A stretch of 34,312 nt of DNA from Candidatus Bathyarchaeia archaeon. GTDB lineage: Archaea; Thermoproteota; Bathyarchaeia; Bathyarchaeales; Bathycorpusculaceae. The position numbers were made by a program, and so were the translations under genes. The DNA is taken from contig JBEKWR010000020.1 in the NCBI GenBank assembly GCA_049512935.1, forward strand, positions 1 through 34,312, written 5' to 3'. A model generated the notes under the pieces. That model was given only the letters and a program-made list of their open reading frames with translations, made no database searches and was not told where the DNA came from. Below, piece after piece: positions 7,567 to 19,500 of the stretch (the stretch's first letter is position 1; the number at the start of each line of letters is the position of its first letter).

Positions 7567-10500
7567 TTATTGCTCAACAACGGCTGGGTGGGATTTCTTG
7601 CGTCTTCTTATCAGCAGCACCGTTGCGACTATTACGACTACGACGATTACGACGATTATTGTGACGTAGTACAGTGCTACTGGAGTAGGTGCAGGTGTTG
7701 GAGATGGGGTAACTGGCGGTGTCGTTGTGAACTCGATTTCCACCTGGTGAGTGCTGAAGTGCGTTGTGAACCACACGTAATAGTTGCTTCCGTCTTGGCT
7801 ATAGCCTTGGTTTGGAGCTACTTGGCCGTCGATGTACACTATTGGATACGTTCCGAAGGGTATCACAGATTTTGGAAGAGTCATGTTGATGAAGCCCGTG
7901 GTTCCGTCTTGACCAGTTATCGTGAAGGTTACCGCAGTTGTTGAATTGCCTGGGTAAGGCGTGATTGTCAGGTTAGACAGGGTTGCATTGCCAGTGACTT
8001 GGATGCTGTAAACGGTGTTGGTTGATGTTAGAGTCGCGCTTACCGTGAAGACGGCTGAGGCGCTGATGGGTGCAAAGCTCGCGGTGATTGTTTGACCAGC
8101 GTAAACATTTCTGAAAGTGTATGAAGACGGGCTGCCGACTGAAGAGCCGTTTACTTGCACATCACTGATGTAGTAGCCAGCGTTTGGAACTATGCTGAAG
8201 GTCTTGCTTCCACCGTAGTTTACCGTGGTGCTGGCAGGACTTATTGCTCCGTTACTGGATTGGGTCACAGTAATTGGGTAGGTAATTACCGCGAAGTTGG
8301 CAGTGACCGTTCCAGCCCCGTTTATAGTGACCAGCGAGGAGGTGGACGTCGGGTTTGCTACTGTGAGTGTTGGGCTTGACAATGAACTGAAAGAGTAGCC
8401 TGTGTTAGGCGAGGCTGTTACGGAGACGGAACCGACTGTTTCCCATTGAGTTCCTGATGGGGATATTGAGCCGCCTCCTGAAGGACTAACGTTGAAGGTA
8501 ACTTGGTACTGGTGAGCGTAGACCGGTGTTACGGTGACTCCGCTTGCGATTGTTCCGCTTGTGCCCGAACTGGCGATCCACTGTTGAGAGCCGCTGACTA
8601 TGGGGCTGTTGGTGGTCCAGCTTGCGCCTGCGTCAAGCCACACAGATTGTGCTGTAGTCGTCAAAGCCAAAGTGTAAGAAGTGCTGCCGAATTGAGTGCT
8701 GGATAAGACCACGCTTGCGGAAGGTGTAGAGCTGTCGGAAGTGCTGTAACTCGCGGATATTTGGTATTGGTTATAGTAGGTTGGGTTCACTGTTGCGGAG
8801 GCAGATGCTGAGGACACGGCTGTGTATGTGCCGCTGTCGCCTGAGGTGACCATCCAACGTTCGGTGCCGCTGACGATTGGGCTATTGTACTTGACTGCTG
8901 AGGCTGCGTCTGCCCAGACCGTTGTTGTGGCGGTAGGAGCTAAAGTTGGCGTAGCAGTTAGGCCCGCAGTGCCGAAGCTGGTGTAGGATACGATGTTGGT
9001 CACTGTAGGTGACCCGGCAGGCGTGTTGCTGATGGAATATTCCAGAGTCAGTAGGTACTGGTTGTAGTACTTGAAGGAGGTTGTTTGAGCTGCGGAAACC
9101 GTGCCTGAAACGGTCTGGCTTGTTTGCCAGCGTTCAGTGTTTCCTGAGCCGGTTAGCGGGTTGGTTACGCTCCATGTGGCACTGTTGTCAAGCCAGTAAG
9201 CCGTAGCTGTGCCCGTCAAAGTCGGAGTGTAGGCAACGCCGAATGCTTTGGACGTCAAAGTTGGAGCGGTCGGAGAGCCGCCACCACTTACAGAGTAGCT
9301 TAGCGTGACAGCGAACTGGTTATAGTATGATGGATTCACTATTGCCGCGGCAGTAACTGATGAAACAGCAGTGTACGTGCCGGTGTCGGCTGAAGTGACC
9401 ATCCAGCGTTCAGAGCCGCTAATAATCGGGCTATTGTAATTGACCGGAGAGCCTGCGTCTGCCCAAACCGTACTTGTAGCTGTTGGAGCCAATGTTGGAG
9501 TGGCAGTTGCAGCGCCGCCAAAGGTTGTGTAGGAAACTATGCCTGTAACTGTTGGTGAACCAGCAGGGCTGTTAGCAATCGAGTATTCTAGAGTCAGCTG
9601 GAACTGGTGATAGTACGATGGATTCACTACCATGGCAGCGGTAACTGATGAAACGGCAGTGTACGTGCCGCTATCAGCAGACGTAACAATCCAACGCTCA
9701 GAACCACTGACGATCGGGCTACTGTACTTAACTGCAGAGCCTGCGTCTGCCCAAGCCGTACTTGTAGCTGTAGGAGCCAAAGTTGGAGTAGCATCTTGCC
9801 CAGAACCAAAGCTAGTGTAGGATACGATGTTCGTAACCGTAGGTGAACCTGGAGGAGAGTTAGCAATCGAATACTCCAAAGTCAACTGGAACTGGTTATA
9901 GTAGGACGGATTCACAGTCGCAGCAGCAGTAACTGATGAAACGGCAGTGTACATGCCGCTATCAGCAGACGTAACAATCCAACGCTCAGAACCACTGACG
10001 ATCGGGCTACTGTACTTAACTGCAGAGCCAGCGTCAGCCCAAACCTTGGAAGTAGGAGCTGTGGCAGGGGTAGCGGTAGCAGCACCACCAAACGTAGTAT
10101 AGGAAACAATGTTGGTCACTGTCGGTGAGCCAGCCGGTGTGTTTGCAATGTTGTACTCCAGGGTCATCAGGAACTGGTGATAGTACAGTGGCGCGATGGT
10201 TACGACGTTGGTGTACGACAGGACGCCCGTGTATGCCTGGACAGTCTGCCATCGTTCTGTGCCTGAGCCTGCGACGATTGGGTTAGTCATCGACCAAGTG
10301 GAGCCGGCGTCAAACCAGTAGGGTGAGGATGTGGTGGTCAGCGACTGTGCGGTTGGTGAACCGAACTGGTTGGCTGTGAATGCTGGTATAGATGAGGGCG
10401 TGGAGCTGTCAGATGTGGAGTAGCTGAGCATCTCGTTGAACTGGTTGTAGTATGTTGGGTTAATCGGTGATGTAACTGGACCTACGCTGGCTGAAACAGT

Positions 10501-13500
10501 CGATTTGCCGCTTGAGATTGCCAGGTTTGTCTGCCAGCGTTCGCTGGAGGTTGAGCCAGTTAGAGGATTAGTGTATGAAACGGTTGTGCCTGCGTCTACC
10601 CAGTCGTTAGCCGAGTTTCCGGTTGTGGCAGTCATGGTTTGAGCTACACCGAACCGCGTGTAGTATGCGGTTGGGGCGGATGAGCCTGAGGCGCCGCCGC
10701 TCACTGTGTACTCGAATACCACTAGGAACTGGTGGTAGTAGTTTGGAGATATCGTGGCTGCGCCGGAGATAGTTCCTGATGTGCCTGATGTTGCGTCCCA
10801 GCGTTGGTTGCCGCTGTTAATTGGGTTGTTGACGCTCCAAGCTGATCCTGCGTCAAGCCATACAGCTTGCGGGGTGGTTGTTAGGGTCAAGGTGAACAAT
10901 GAGTTCCCGAACTGTGTGCCTGATAGCACGACGTTTGAGAATGGTGTGGAACTGTCTGTGGTGCTGTAGCTGGCTGAAGCTTTGTACTGGTGATAGTATG
11001 ATGGGTTCACTGTTGAGGCAGCAGTGACTGATGGAACTGCTGTGTAGGCGCCGCTGTCTGCGGATGTAACCATCCAGCGTTCGGTGCCTGAGATTGCGAC
11101 GATCGGGCTTGTGTATGTGACTGCTGTGCCTGCGTCAGCCCAGACCTGCGATGATGTAGCAGGAGAGAGAGCAGGAGTAGCTGTTGCAGAGCCTCCGAAG
11201 GTCGTGTAGGATACTATGTTCGTGGTTGTGGGTGAGCCTGCCGGTGTGTTTGCAATGTTGTACTGTAGAGTCAACTGGTACTGGTGGTAGTAGAGTGGGG
11301 CGATTGTGGTTGCGCTGGTTACGGTTCCTGATGTGCCTGATGAGGCGTCCCAACGTTGGGTGCCGGCTGTGATCGGGTTATTCACTGACCAGGCAGTTGT
11401 TGCGTCGAGCCAGACGGTTTGTGGAGAGGTTGTCAGGGTTAGAGTGAATCCGGTGTTTCCAGATTGGGTTCCAGACAGAACGACACTGCTGTATGGTGTG
11501 GAGCTATCAGAGGTGCTGTAGCTTGCCGTCGCCGTGTACTGGTGATAGTATAACGGGGCGACAACAAGGGTCACGGTAACAGTTCCAGAAGTGCCTGACG
11601 TGGCAATCCACTGTTCAGTGCTGGAAGCAGTAATTGGGTTGTTGACGCTCCAAGCTGTTGCCGCGTCTAACCAGGCGCGCTGGGGAGTGGTTGTCAAAGT
11701 TACGGTTAAGGGGTTGCCTGACTGGGTTCCGCTTAAGACAACACTAGCTGACGGAGTGGAAAGGTCACTGGTCAAGTAATTCATGGATACCCAGTACTGG
11801 TGATAGTATAACGGGGCGACAGCTGTAGACGAACTGACAGTTCCAGATGCTCCACTTGTAGCAATCCATTGCTGCGTGGTTGAGGCTGTAATCGGGTTAT
11901 TCACGCTCCAAGCTGTGGTTGCGTCAAGCCAGACGTTCTGGACCGTCGTTGTTAGGGTGACGGTGAACGCTGCGTTGCCGGATTGCGTCCCGCTTAATGT
12001 GACGGTTGCTGACGGTGTAGAGCCATCTGAGGTGCTGTAGCTCATTGCAACTTTGTACTGGTGATAGTAATATGGATCTATGGCTGTGAATGAGTAAACC
12101 CAGCCTGAAGTGCCTGAGGTGGCAATCCACTGTTCAGTGCTGGAAGCAGTAATCGGGTTGTTGACGCTCCAAGCTGAGTTTACGTCAAGCCAGACGTTCT
12201 GGATACTGGTTGTCAGAGTCACGGATATGGGGCTTCCAGATTGAGTGCCGCTTAATGATACGGGGTTCGACGGAGTGGAGCCGTCGCTTGTTGTGTACTG
12301 CATGCTGACTGAGTACTGGTGGTAGTACAAGGGTGCAACCGCTGTTGACGAACTGACCGTTCCAGAGGTGCCTGAGGTGGCAATCCACTGTTCAGTGCTG
12401 GAAGCAGTAATTGGGTTGTTGACGCTCCAAGCTGTTGCCGCGTCGAGCCATGCGTTCTGGGTTGAAGTTGTAAGCACCAATGTGAATGGATTACCGGATT
12501 GAGTCCCAGATAGCATTACGCTGTATGTTGGTGTGGAGTCGTCTGACGTGCTGTAGGTTGCTGAGACTTGGTACTGGTGGTAGAACAGCGGGGTTAGTAC
12601 AGTGTAGGAGGTTACTGTTCCGCTGTTTGAAGAGGTGCATATCCAGCGTTCAGTGCTGGCGGCGCCTGCGATTGGGTTGTTGAATGACCAGCCTGTGTTG
12701 ATGTCAAACCATGTGTTCTGTGATGTAGTTGTCAAGGTCAGCGTGGAAGGGGCGCCAAACGCGGTACCTGAGAGGATGACGGCTTGGTATGGTGTGCTGC
12801 CGTCGGAGGTGCTGTAAAGCGCTGACACTTCATATTGGTGGTAGTAGGATGTTTGCGCAAGCGTTCCTGCAGATGTGACGTCGTGGTTCTGCGGGGAGTT
12901 TATTAGCGCCCACCGTTCAGTTCCTGAAGTCGCAGTTACGGTTTGGTAGTCTACTTTGCGTGCGCCCGCGTCGACCCATGTGCCTACGGAGGGCAAAACG
13001 CCGTTGCCGACGCCGGTTGAGGTGATTGGTTCCGCATTGCCGAACCATGTGTAGTTTCCAATTACGAGGCCGCTGGGAACAGATGACGCATCGTTTGAGA
13101 CTGAGTAGCCGAATGTGATCTTGAATTGGTGGTAGTAGTTTTGTTCGGCGATTGTTACGGAAGAGGAGACTGGGTAGTTGTTGGTTCCTGCCAGTAATGC
13201 CCAGCGTTCCGTGTTGGCGCCGTTAGTCCAAGTTGTATAGGATACTGTCGCGCTTCCCGTGTCGACCCATGCGCTTGCGGGTGTAGCTGACCCGTAGGTG
13301 ATGCCGGATAGTATGGTGTTGCCGGCGTTGGAGCCGAACTGGTAGTATGAGCCTATCAGGTTGCCGCTTGGAATTGCGTTAACGATGTCGTTGACGGATG
13401 CATAGCCGAAGGTGATTACGAACTGGTGATAGTAAAATGGGTCGGCTGTCATCGCACCCGCATTTACTGAAGCGATTACTATGTGGGTGCTTACGTCAGC

Positions 13501-16500
13501 TGCGTTAATCATGTATCTTTCTGTGGAGGATATCATGATTGGGGAATTGTACAGGACAGCTGTGTTTATGTCTGCCCAGTCGCTTGGCATGGAGAGCACG
13601 CCCAAGTTGTCGGTTGACAGATACATCGTGTTGCCGAATTGTGTGTAGGTGACCATATTTGCCTGGTTTGCTATGGGTGTGTCGTCGTTAGTTGTGTAAG
13701 TGAAGGATACTAGGAACTGGTGGTAGTAGCCTGTCTGTATGATGGTTGTTGTGGGTGCGACTGGCGCAACGCTGTAGCTTTGCGGTGATGGAGATAGGGC
13801 CCAACGCTCGCCGCCATTCGTGTAAGTAGCGTAGGTGACGGTGTTGCTGCCCACGTCAACCCAGTCTTGATCATATTGACCATCGCTCCAGGTGTAGGTG
13901 TGACCATACCCTATCCACCAAGCTGAAGAAAGCGTCACGCTTGAACCGAACTGGCTGTAGTAACCAATAGGTACGTTGCCATAATTGAAGATGGTGCTGC
14001 CATCTTTGGTGGTGTATCCGAAGGTGATCATGAACTGGTGGTAGTAGTTTGATTCTGTAACCGACGTGGTAGAAGTTGTTACGTCGTAGTTGTTTGTGCC
14101 TGTGCTGAGTGCCCAGCGTTCAGTGTTGGCGCCGTTTGTCCACGTAGAGTAGCTTACGGTGCCTGATCCGATATCTACCCAGTCGCTGCCTAGCGAGGTT
14201 GCGCCGTAGGTGCCAGTGGAATCGATTACGCCTGTTGACGAGCCGAATTGGTAGTAGGAGCCGATCTGGTTTCCGCTGGTAATTGGGGTTGTGATGTCGT
14301 TCACAACGGAATAGCCGAAGGATACGTACATCTGGTCATAGTAATTACCAGTGACGCTGTAGCCTGGACCCAGATCAACGCCGGAAAAGGTGTCTGTTCC
14401 AGCAGAGGGGGGCAGAGCCCAACGTTCATTACCGGAAGTGATTGTATAGTAGCTAACTGAGCCAGCAGCATCTACCCAGTCACCAGTTCCTTCTTCAGTC
14501 CACCAGAAACCATAGTAGCTGGAACCATAGACAGTGCCATAAAAGGAAGTAATGGACTGAGTTGAGCCAAATTGGGTGTAGGAACCAATAATAGTATAGA
14601 GTGGAGTGTAACTGCCATCCTGCGTTGAGTAACCGAAGTAAATGTAGTATTGGTGATAGTAACCGCTCTCAGTAATCGGTGCAGAAGATAAGACGTTGCA
14701 GTAAGTGCCTGCATAACCTGAATACGGAGTGTCTGAAACCAGAGCCCACTGCTCGGTTCCGGAAGAAGCAACAGCTGAACCAAACCAAACGTTGCCGTAG
14801 CCAGCATCAAGCCAAGTGGTGCCAGCTGAGGTTACGCCGTAGGTGTCGCTGGGATTCGAGTAAAGCGTCACAGATGAACCGAACTGCATGTAATAGCCGA
14901 TGGCTAAGTTGCTGCTAGCGCTGCTGTCCCAAATAGTGCTGCCGTCATCGGTTGTGTAGCTTAATGTCACGTAGTACTGGTGATAGTATTCTGGGTTAAT
15001 GTAGTTAGCTCCGTTTACGGTGTCTACGACTGAATAACCGACTGAGACAGGCAAGTTCACCATATAACGTTCGGTGCCGGAAATACTAATTGGATTGGCG
15101 TAATAGACGCTTGAGGCTGCATCAGCCCAGTCTTGGAATCCAGTTGCATGGTTACCTATGACGGCACTGCCGAACTGATAGTAGACGACCGCTGGAGGAG
15201 TTACGGAGCTGCTGTCTGAGGTGTAGTAGGTGAAGGTTACCAGGTATTGGTGATAGTAGCTTTCTATGTATGCTCCTGTGCCCACCACGTCTTGGTAGTC
15301 GACGCCTCCGATCATGGTGTTCGTGGCCCAATGCTCCGTGCTTGAGGCAGTTAGAAGGTGGTAAGCGATGTTGCCTGAGCCTGCGTCAACCCATGTTGCT
15401 GCTGAAGGTGAAACCGCGCCTGCGCCGTCGGATGTAATCAGGTACCAAGAGCCAAACTGAGAGTACTGGCCGATTATTCCGCTGGGAACATAACTGCCGT
15501 CTTGGGTGGAGTAGCCGAAGGTCACTGAGTACTGGTTGTAGTAGCCTGGATTTACGGTGCCTGAAGAGCTTATGGTTCCGATTAGTGATTGGCCGTAGAT
15601 GTCGATGGAGAGGTCCATCTGCCAGCGTTGGCTTGAAGTTGAATCGGCTACAGGGTTATCATAGGTGATTGGTGAGCCGTTGTCAACCCAAGCGGTTGCG
15701 CCTGTTGCTTGAATGTTGTCTGACAAGCCGAATTGGGTAAAGTAAGCGTATGGTGCATCAGCTGGTAATCCGCCGTTTATCACACTGTAAGTGAAGGTCA
15801 CGAGGAACTGGTGGTAGTACAGTGGGTCAATGTTCAATGTGGATCCGCTGACGCTGGAAACAATCACTGATTCGCCGCCGGAAACAGTGTAGTCTGCTTG
15901 CCAACGCTCTGTGCCAGATGCGCTGATGGGGTTATCGTAGGATACTGATGTGCCTGCGTCTACCCATTCTATCACATGCTGGTCTGTGGCGGCTACCACG
16001 GTTTGTGATACGCCGAACTGTGTGTAGTACGCTGTCGGGGCGCTTGGAGAGCCGTCAGTCACTGAATACTGGAATATGACGCTGAACTGGTGATAGTACT
16101 CGGGGTTGGCTGTCATGCTGCCTGCGCCGACTGAGGAGATTACCGTGTTGATGCCTGAATCTCCTGAAGTAATTATGTACTGCTCAGTGCCGACTAATCC
16201 GATTGGGATTGGAGAGACATAGGTAACTGATGTTCCTGCGTCAGCCCAGTCGCTCGTCAAAAATAATGTGCCTGAGCCGTCGGTAGACAGGTACATTGGG
16301 TTGCTGAACTGTGTGTAAGTAACCATGTCGTTTTGGTTGGTTATCGGCGAGAGGTCGTTGGTGGTGTAGCCAAATGAGACAAGGAACTGGTGAACGTACC
16401 CAGACTCCGTGATTGAAGTGGATCCGGTAACATAAGTTGTGTCAGGTGAGGTCAATCCCCAGCGTTCCGTGTTTGAGTCAGAGACAGATGTCAAGTATGT

Positions 16501-19500
16501 GACTGTGCCTGTGCTTGTTACGCTGTTGGAGTCTACCCAGTCGCTTGCGGGGCTGGTCACGCCATACCCACTGCCAGGAGCTGAATAGATGGACGTGCTT
16601 AAGCCAAACTGGTCATATGCCCCAATGCGTAAGCCTTGGTTTAGAGTACCTTGAATCTTTGTGTTGTCGGATGTTGTGTAGCCGAAATCTATCATGAACT
16701 GGTGATAGTACAGGTAGGCTGTGGTTTGCGTAGCTGAAACTGTGCCTGAAACAACTTGGTTAGTTGCCCATTGCTCAGAACCAGTAGAGCCAGTCAACGG
16801 GTTAGTTACGCTCCAAGATTTGCTGTTGTCAAGCCAGTAAGCCGTAGGTGTACCTGTTAAAGTCGGGGTATAAGCACCTCCAAACTGTGTGGAAGTTAAA
16901 GTTGGCGCCGTAGCTGAGGAGCCGTCGCTGGTTGAGTAGGACAGAGTAAACGCGAATTGGTGGTAGTAACCCTCCTCGGTGGTTGTCCCTGCACTCGTAA
17001 CTGTCAGGGTGAGGTCTGGCGAAGTTACCAGAGCCCACTGCTCAGTGCCGCTTGTTGCGACTGCAGTGTTGAATCTTACGCCTGTTCCTTCGTCAACCCA
17101 GCCACCGCCTGTGGGTGTAGCTACGCCGTAGACACCAGTGGCGTAGATTGTGCCTGCTGGTGCGCCGAATTGGTAGAAGGTGCCGATGGCCAAGTTATTG
17201 GCGATGGCGCTAAGATCTTGGGTTGTGTACGCGAATGTTACATAGTACTGGTGGTAGTAGTTTGGTTCTCCTATCGAGCCTGAGCCCTGCACGTTTATGT
17301 AGTATGTTGAAGGCAGAGCCCACCGTTCAGTGGTAGAGGTAGCGGTGACTGTTATGTAGGCTATGTTGTTAACGCCTGCGTTAACCCAGTCGCTGGTAGG
17401 TGTAACCGCGCCTCCGGCTGCAGAACTAATGGTCAATAAAGTTGCAAATTGGTAATAGTGGCCAATGACATGGCCGCTCTCGATATTGCTGCTGTCGACG
17501 GTTGTGTAGCCGAAATTCACCATGAACTGGTGGTAGTACTCTGGGTTCGCTGTTACTGCGCCTGTGCCGACTGAGGAGATTACCGTGTTTAAGCCGCTGT
17601 CACTTAAAGTTATCTTGTACCGCTCAGAAACAGAAATCGAAACAGGAGAAACATACGTAACAGCCGTGCCCGCATCAGCCCAATCACTCGACAAAGACAA
17701 CACACCCGAACCGTCAGTAGACAAGTACAAGGTACTGCCAAACTGCGTGTAAGCAACCAAATCAGACTGGCTTGCAAGAGGAGAATCATCATTAGTGGTG
17801 TAGCCAAACGAAACCAAGAATTGGTGAGTGTACGCTTCCGAATAGGTGCCGCCGCCTGCCGTTAAAGCGCCCGTAGAAGCAGTACTTGGAATCGCCCAAC
17901 GCTCACTGCCAGTGCTTTCGGTAGAAGTTGCTGGGAAAGTAACCGCGTAGCCGTAGTCACTCCAAGCCGTAGTGCTCCATCCATTGCCGGTATTGAGCGT
18001 AACGATGGTTGAGCTGCCAGTCCCGAAGTATGTGCCTGTTAAAGCAACACTGTCACTGCCAGAAATGCCCGTAACGGTAAAAGTATTTTGCACCTGATGA
18101 TAATACAGTGGGTTAGCAGTCACAGCGCCAGAGCCAACAGAAACAATTACCGTGTTTGTGCCCGCGTCAGCTGGAGCAATCTTGTATCGCTCGTTCGCAT
18201 TAATCGAGATAGGAGAAACATAGGTAACGGCAGTGCCTGCATCAGCCCAATCACTCGACAAAGACAACACACCCGAACCGTCAGTAGACAGGTACAAGGT
18301 GCTGCCAAACTGCGTGTAAGCAACCAAATCAGACTGGCTTGCAAGAGGAGAATCATCATTAGTGGTGTAGCCGAACGAAACTATGTACTGATGATAAAAG
18401 CCTGTTCCCCAAGCATAATCGGTCGTAGCATAGGCAGTATTGGCAGAGAAAGATTCAGTTCCAGCAGACAGTGCCCAGCGTTCTACACCTGAGCCTGCGG
18501 TAACTGTGGAGAAAGTGATTTGGGTGCCTGCGTCAACCCAGTCGTTGTAGGGATTGCACGCACCCCAGAAACCGTAGTAGTTACCGGTAGATGCAATATT
18601 TTCAGTATTGCCGAACTGATAATATGAGCCGATAACGATACCGTTTGGAATGGCTGTATTGTCGTTAGTCGCGTAATAGAAATATATCTCGTATTGGTGG
18701 TAGTAGCCGGCCTGGGTGAGGGTTTGGGAGGATGAAATGCTGTATTCAGTTGTCCCGCCGACTAAGAACCATCGTTCAGTGCCAGAAGAAGCCGTAACGT
18801 CGTAGAAATACACCGAATACGGAGTGCTTACAGTGCTTGCGTCCACCCATACGCTGCCGAGTGAACCGGCACCGCTTGTGCCAGCTGAATCAAAGGTTAC
18901 CAGACTGCCAAACTGGTAGTATTGACCGACTTCAAGTCCATTTGTTATTGAGGAGCTGTCTATGGTTGTGTATCCCAGAGACACTGGATACTGGTGATAA
19001 TACTCAAAGTTGAGTGTCGCCGCGGAAGTAATTGGACCCTCGTTGGCACCTGGAGCAAGCTGGTACCGGTCACTGCTGCCGCCGGTCACAGATACAGGAG
19101 TGACAGAGTAGGCTGTACCGCTAGAGGAAGCATCATACCAAACGTTAACTGTAGAAGTACTCAACGTGGTGACCACGGGCAAACCGAACTGGTCAGCCGT
19201 AAACGTAACCGCTGGCGAACCATAGAGTGCAGTGTTGTCAGAAGTGCTATACGACAAAGTCAAGTAATACTGATGCCAATACTCTGGAGTTACCGTAATT
19301 GGTCCTGTGACGATACCGCTTGCTGTAGCTGGGTTTGTAACCGCCCACTGTTCAGTCAATGAAGGCGTATAGATTGGGTCATCAAAAGAATATTGTGTCG
19401 TTGCATCAAGCCAAACACTCTGACTTGAAGCAGTGAAAGAAAACGGAGTTTTAACGCCGTACTGATACCCAGAGAATCGGGGTGCAGGGGAAGGAGTTGA

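Noticed and set aside
7570-19362. Many short ORFs inside or antisense to the giant gene
   Set aside because: Shadow frames of a repetitive, codon-biased CDS with no motifs of their own
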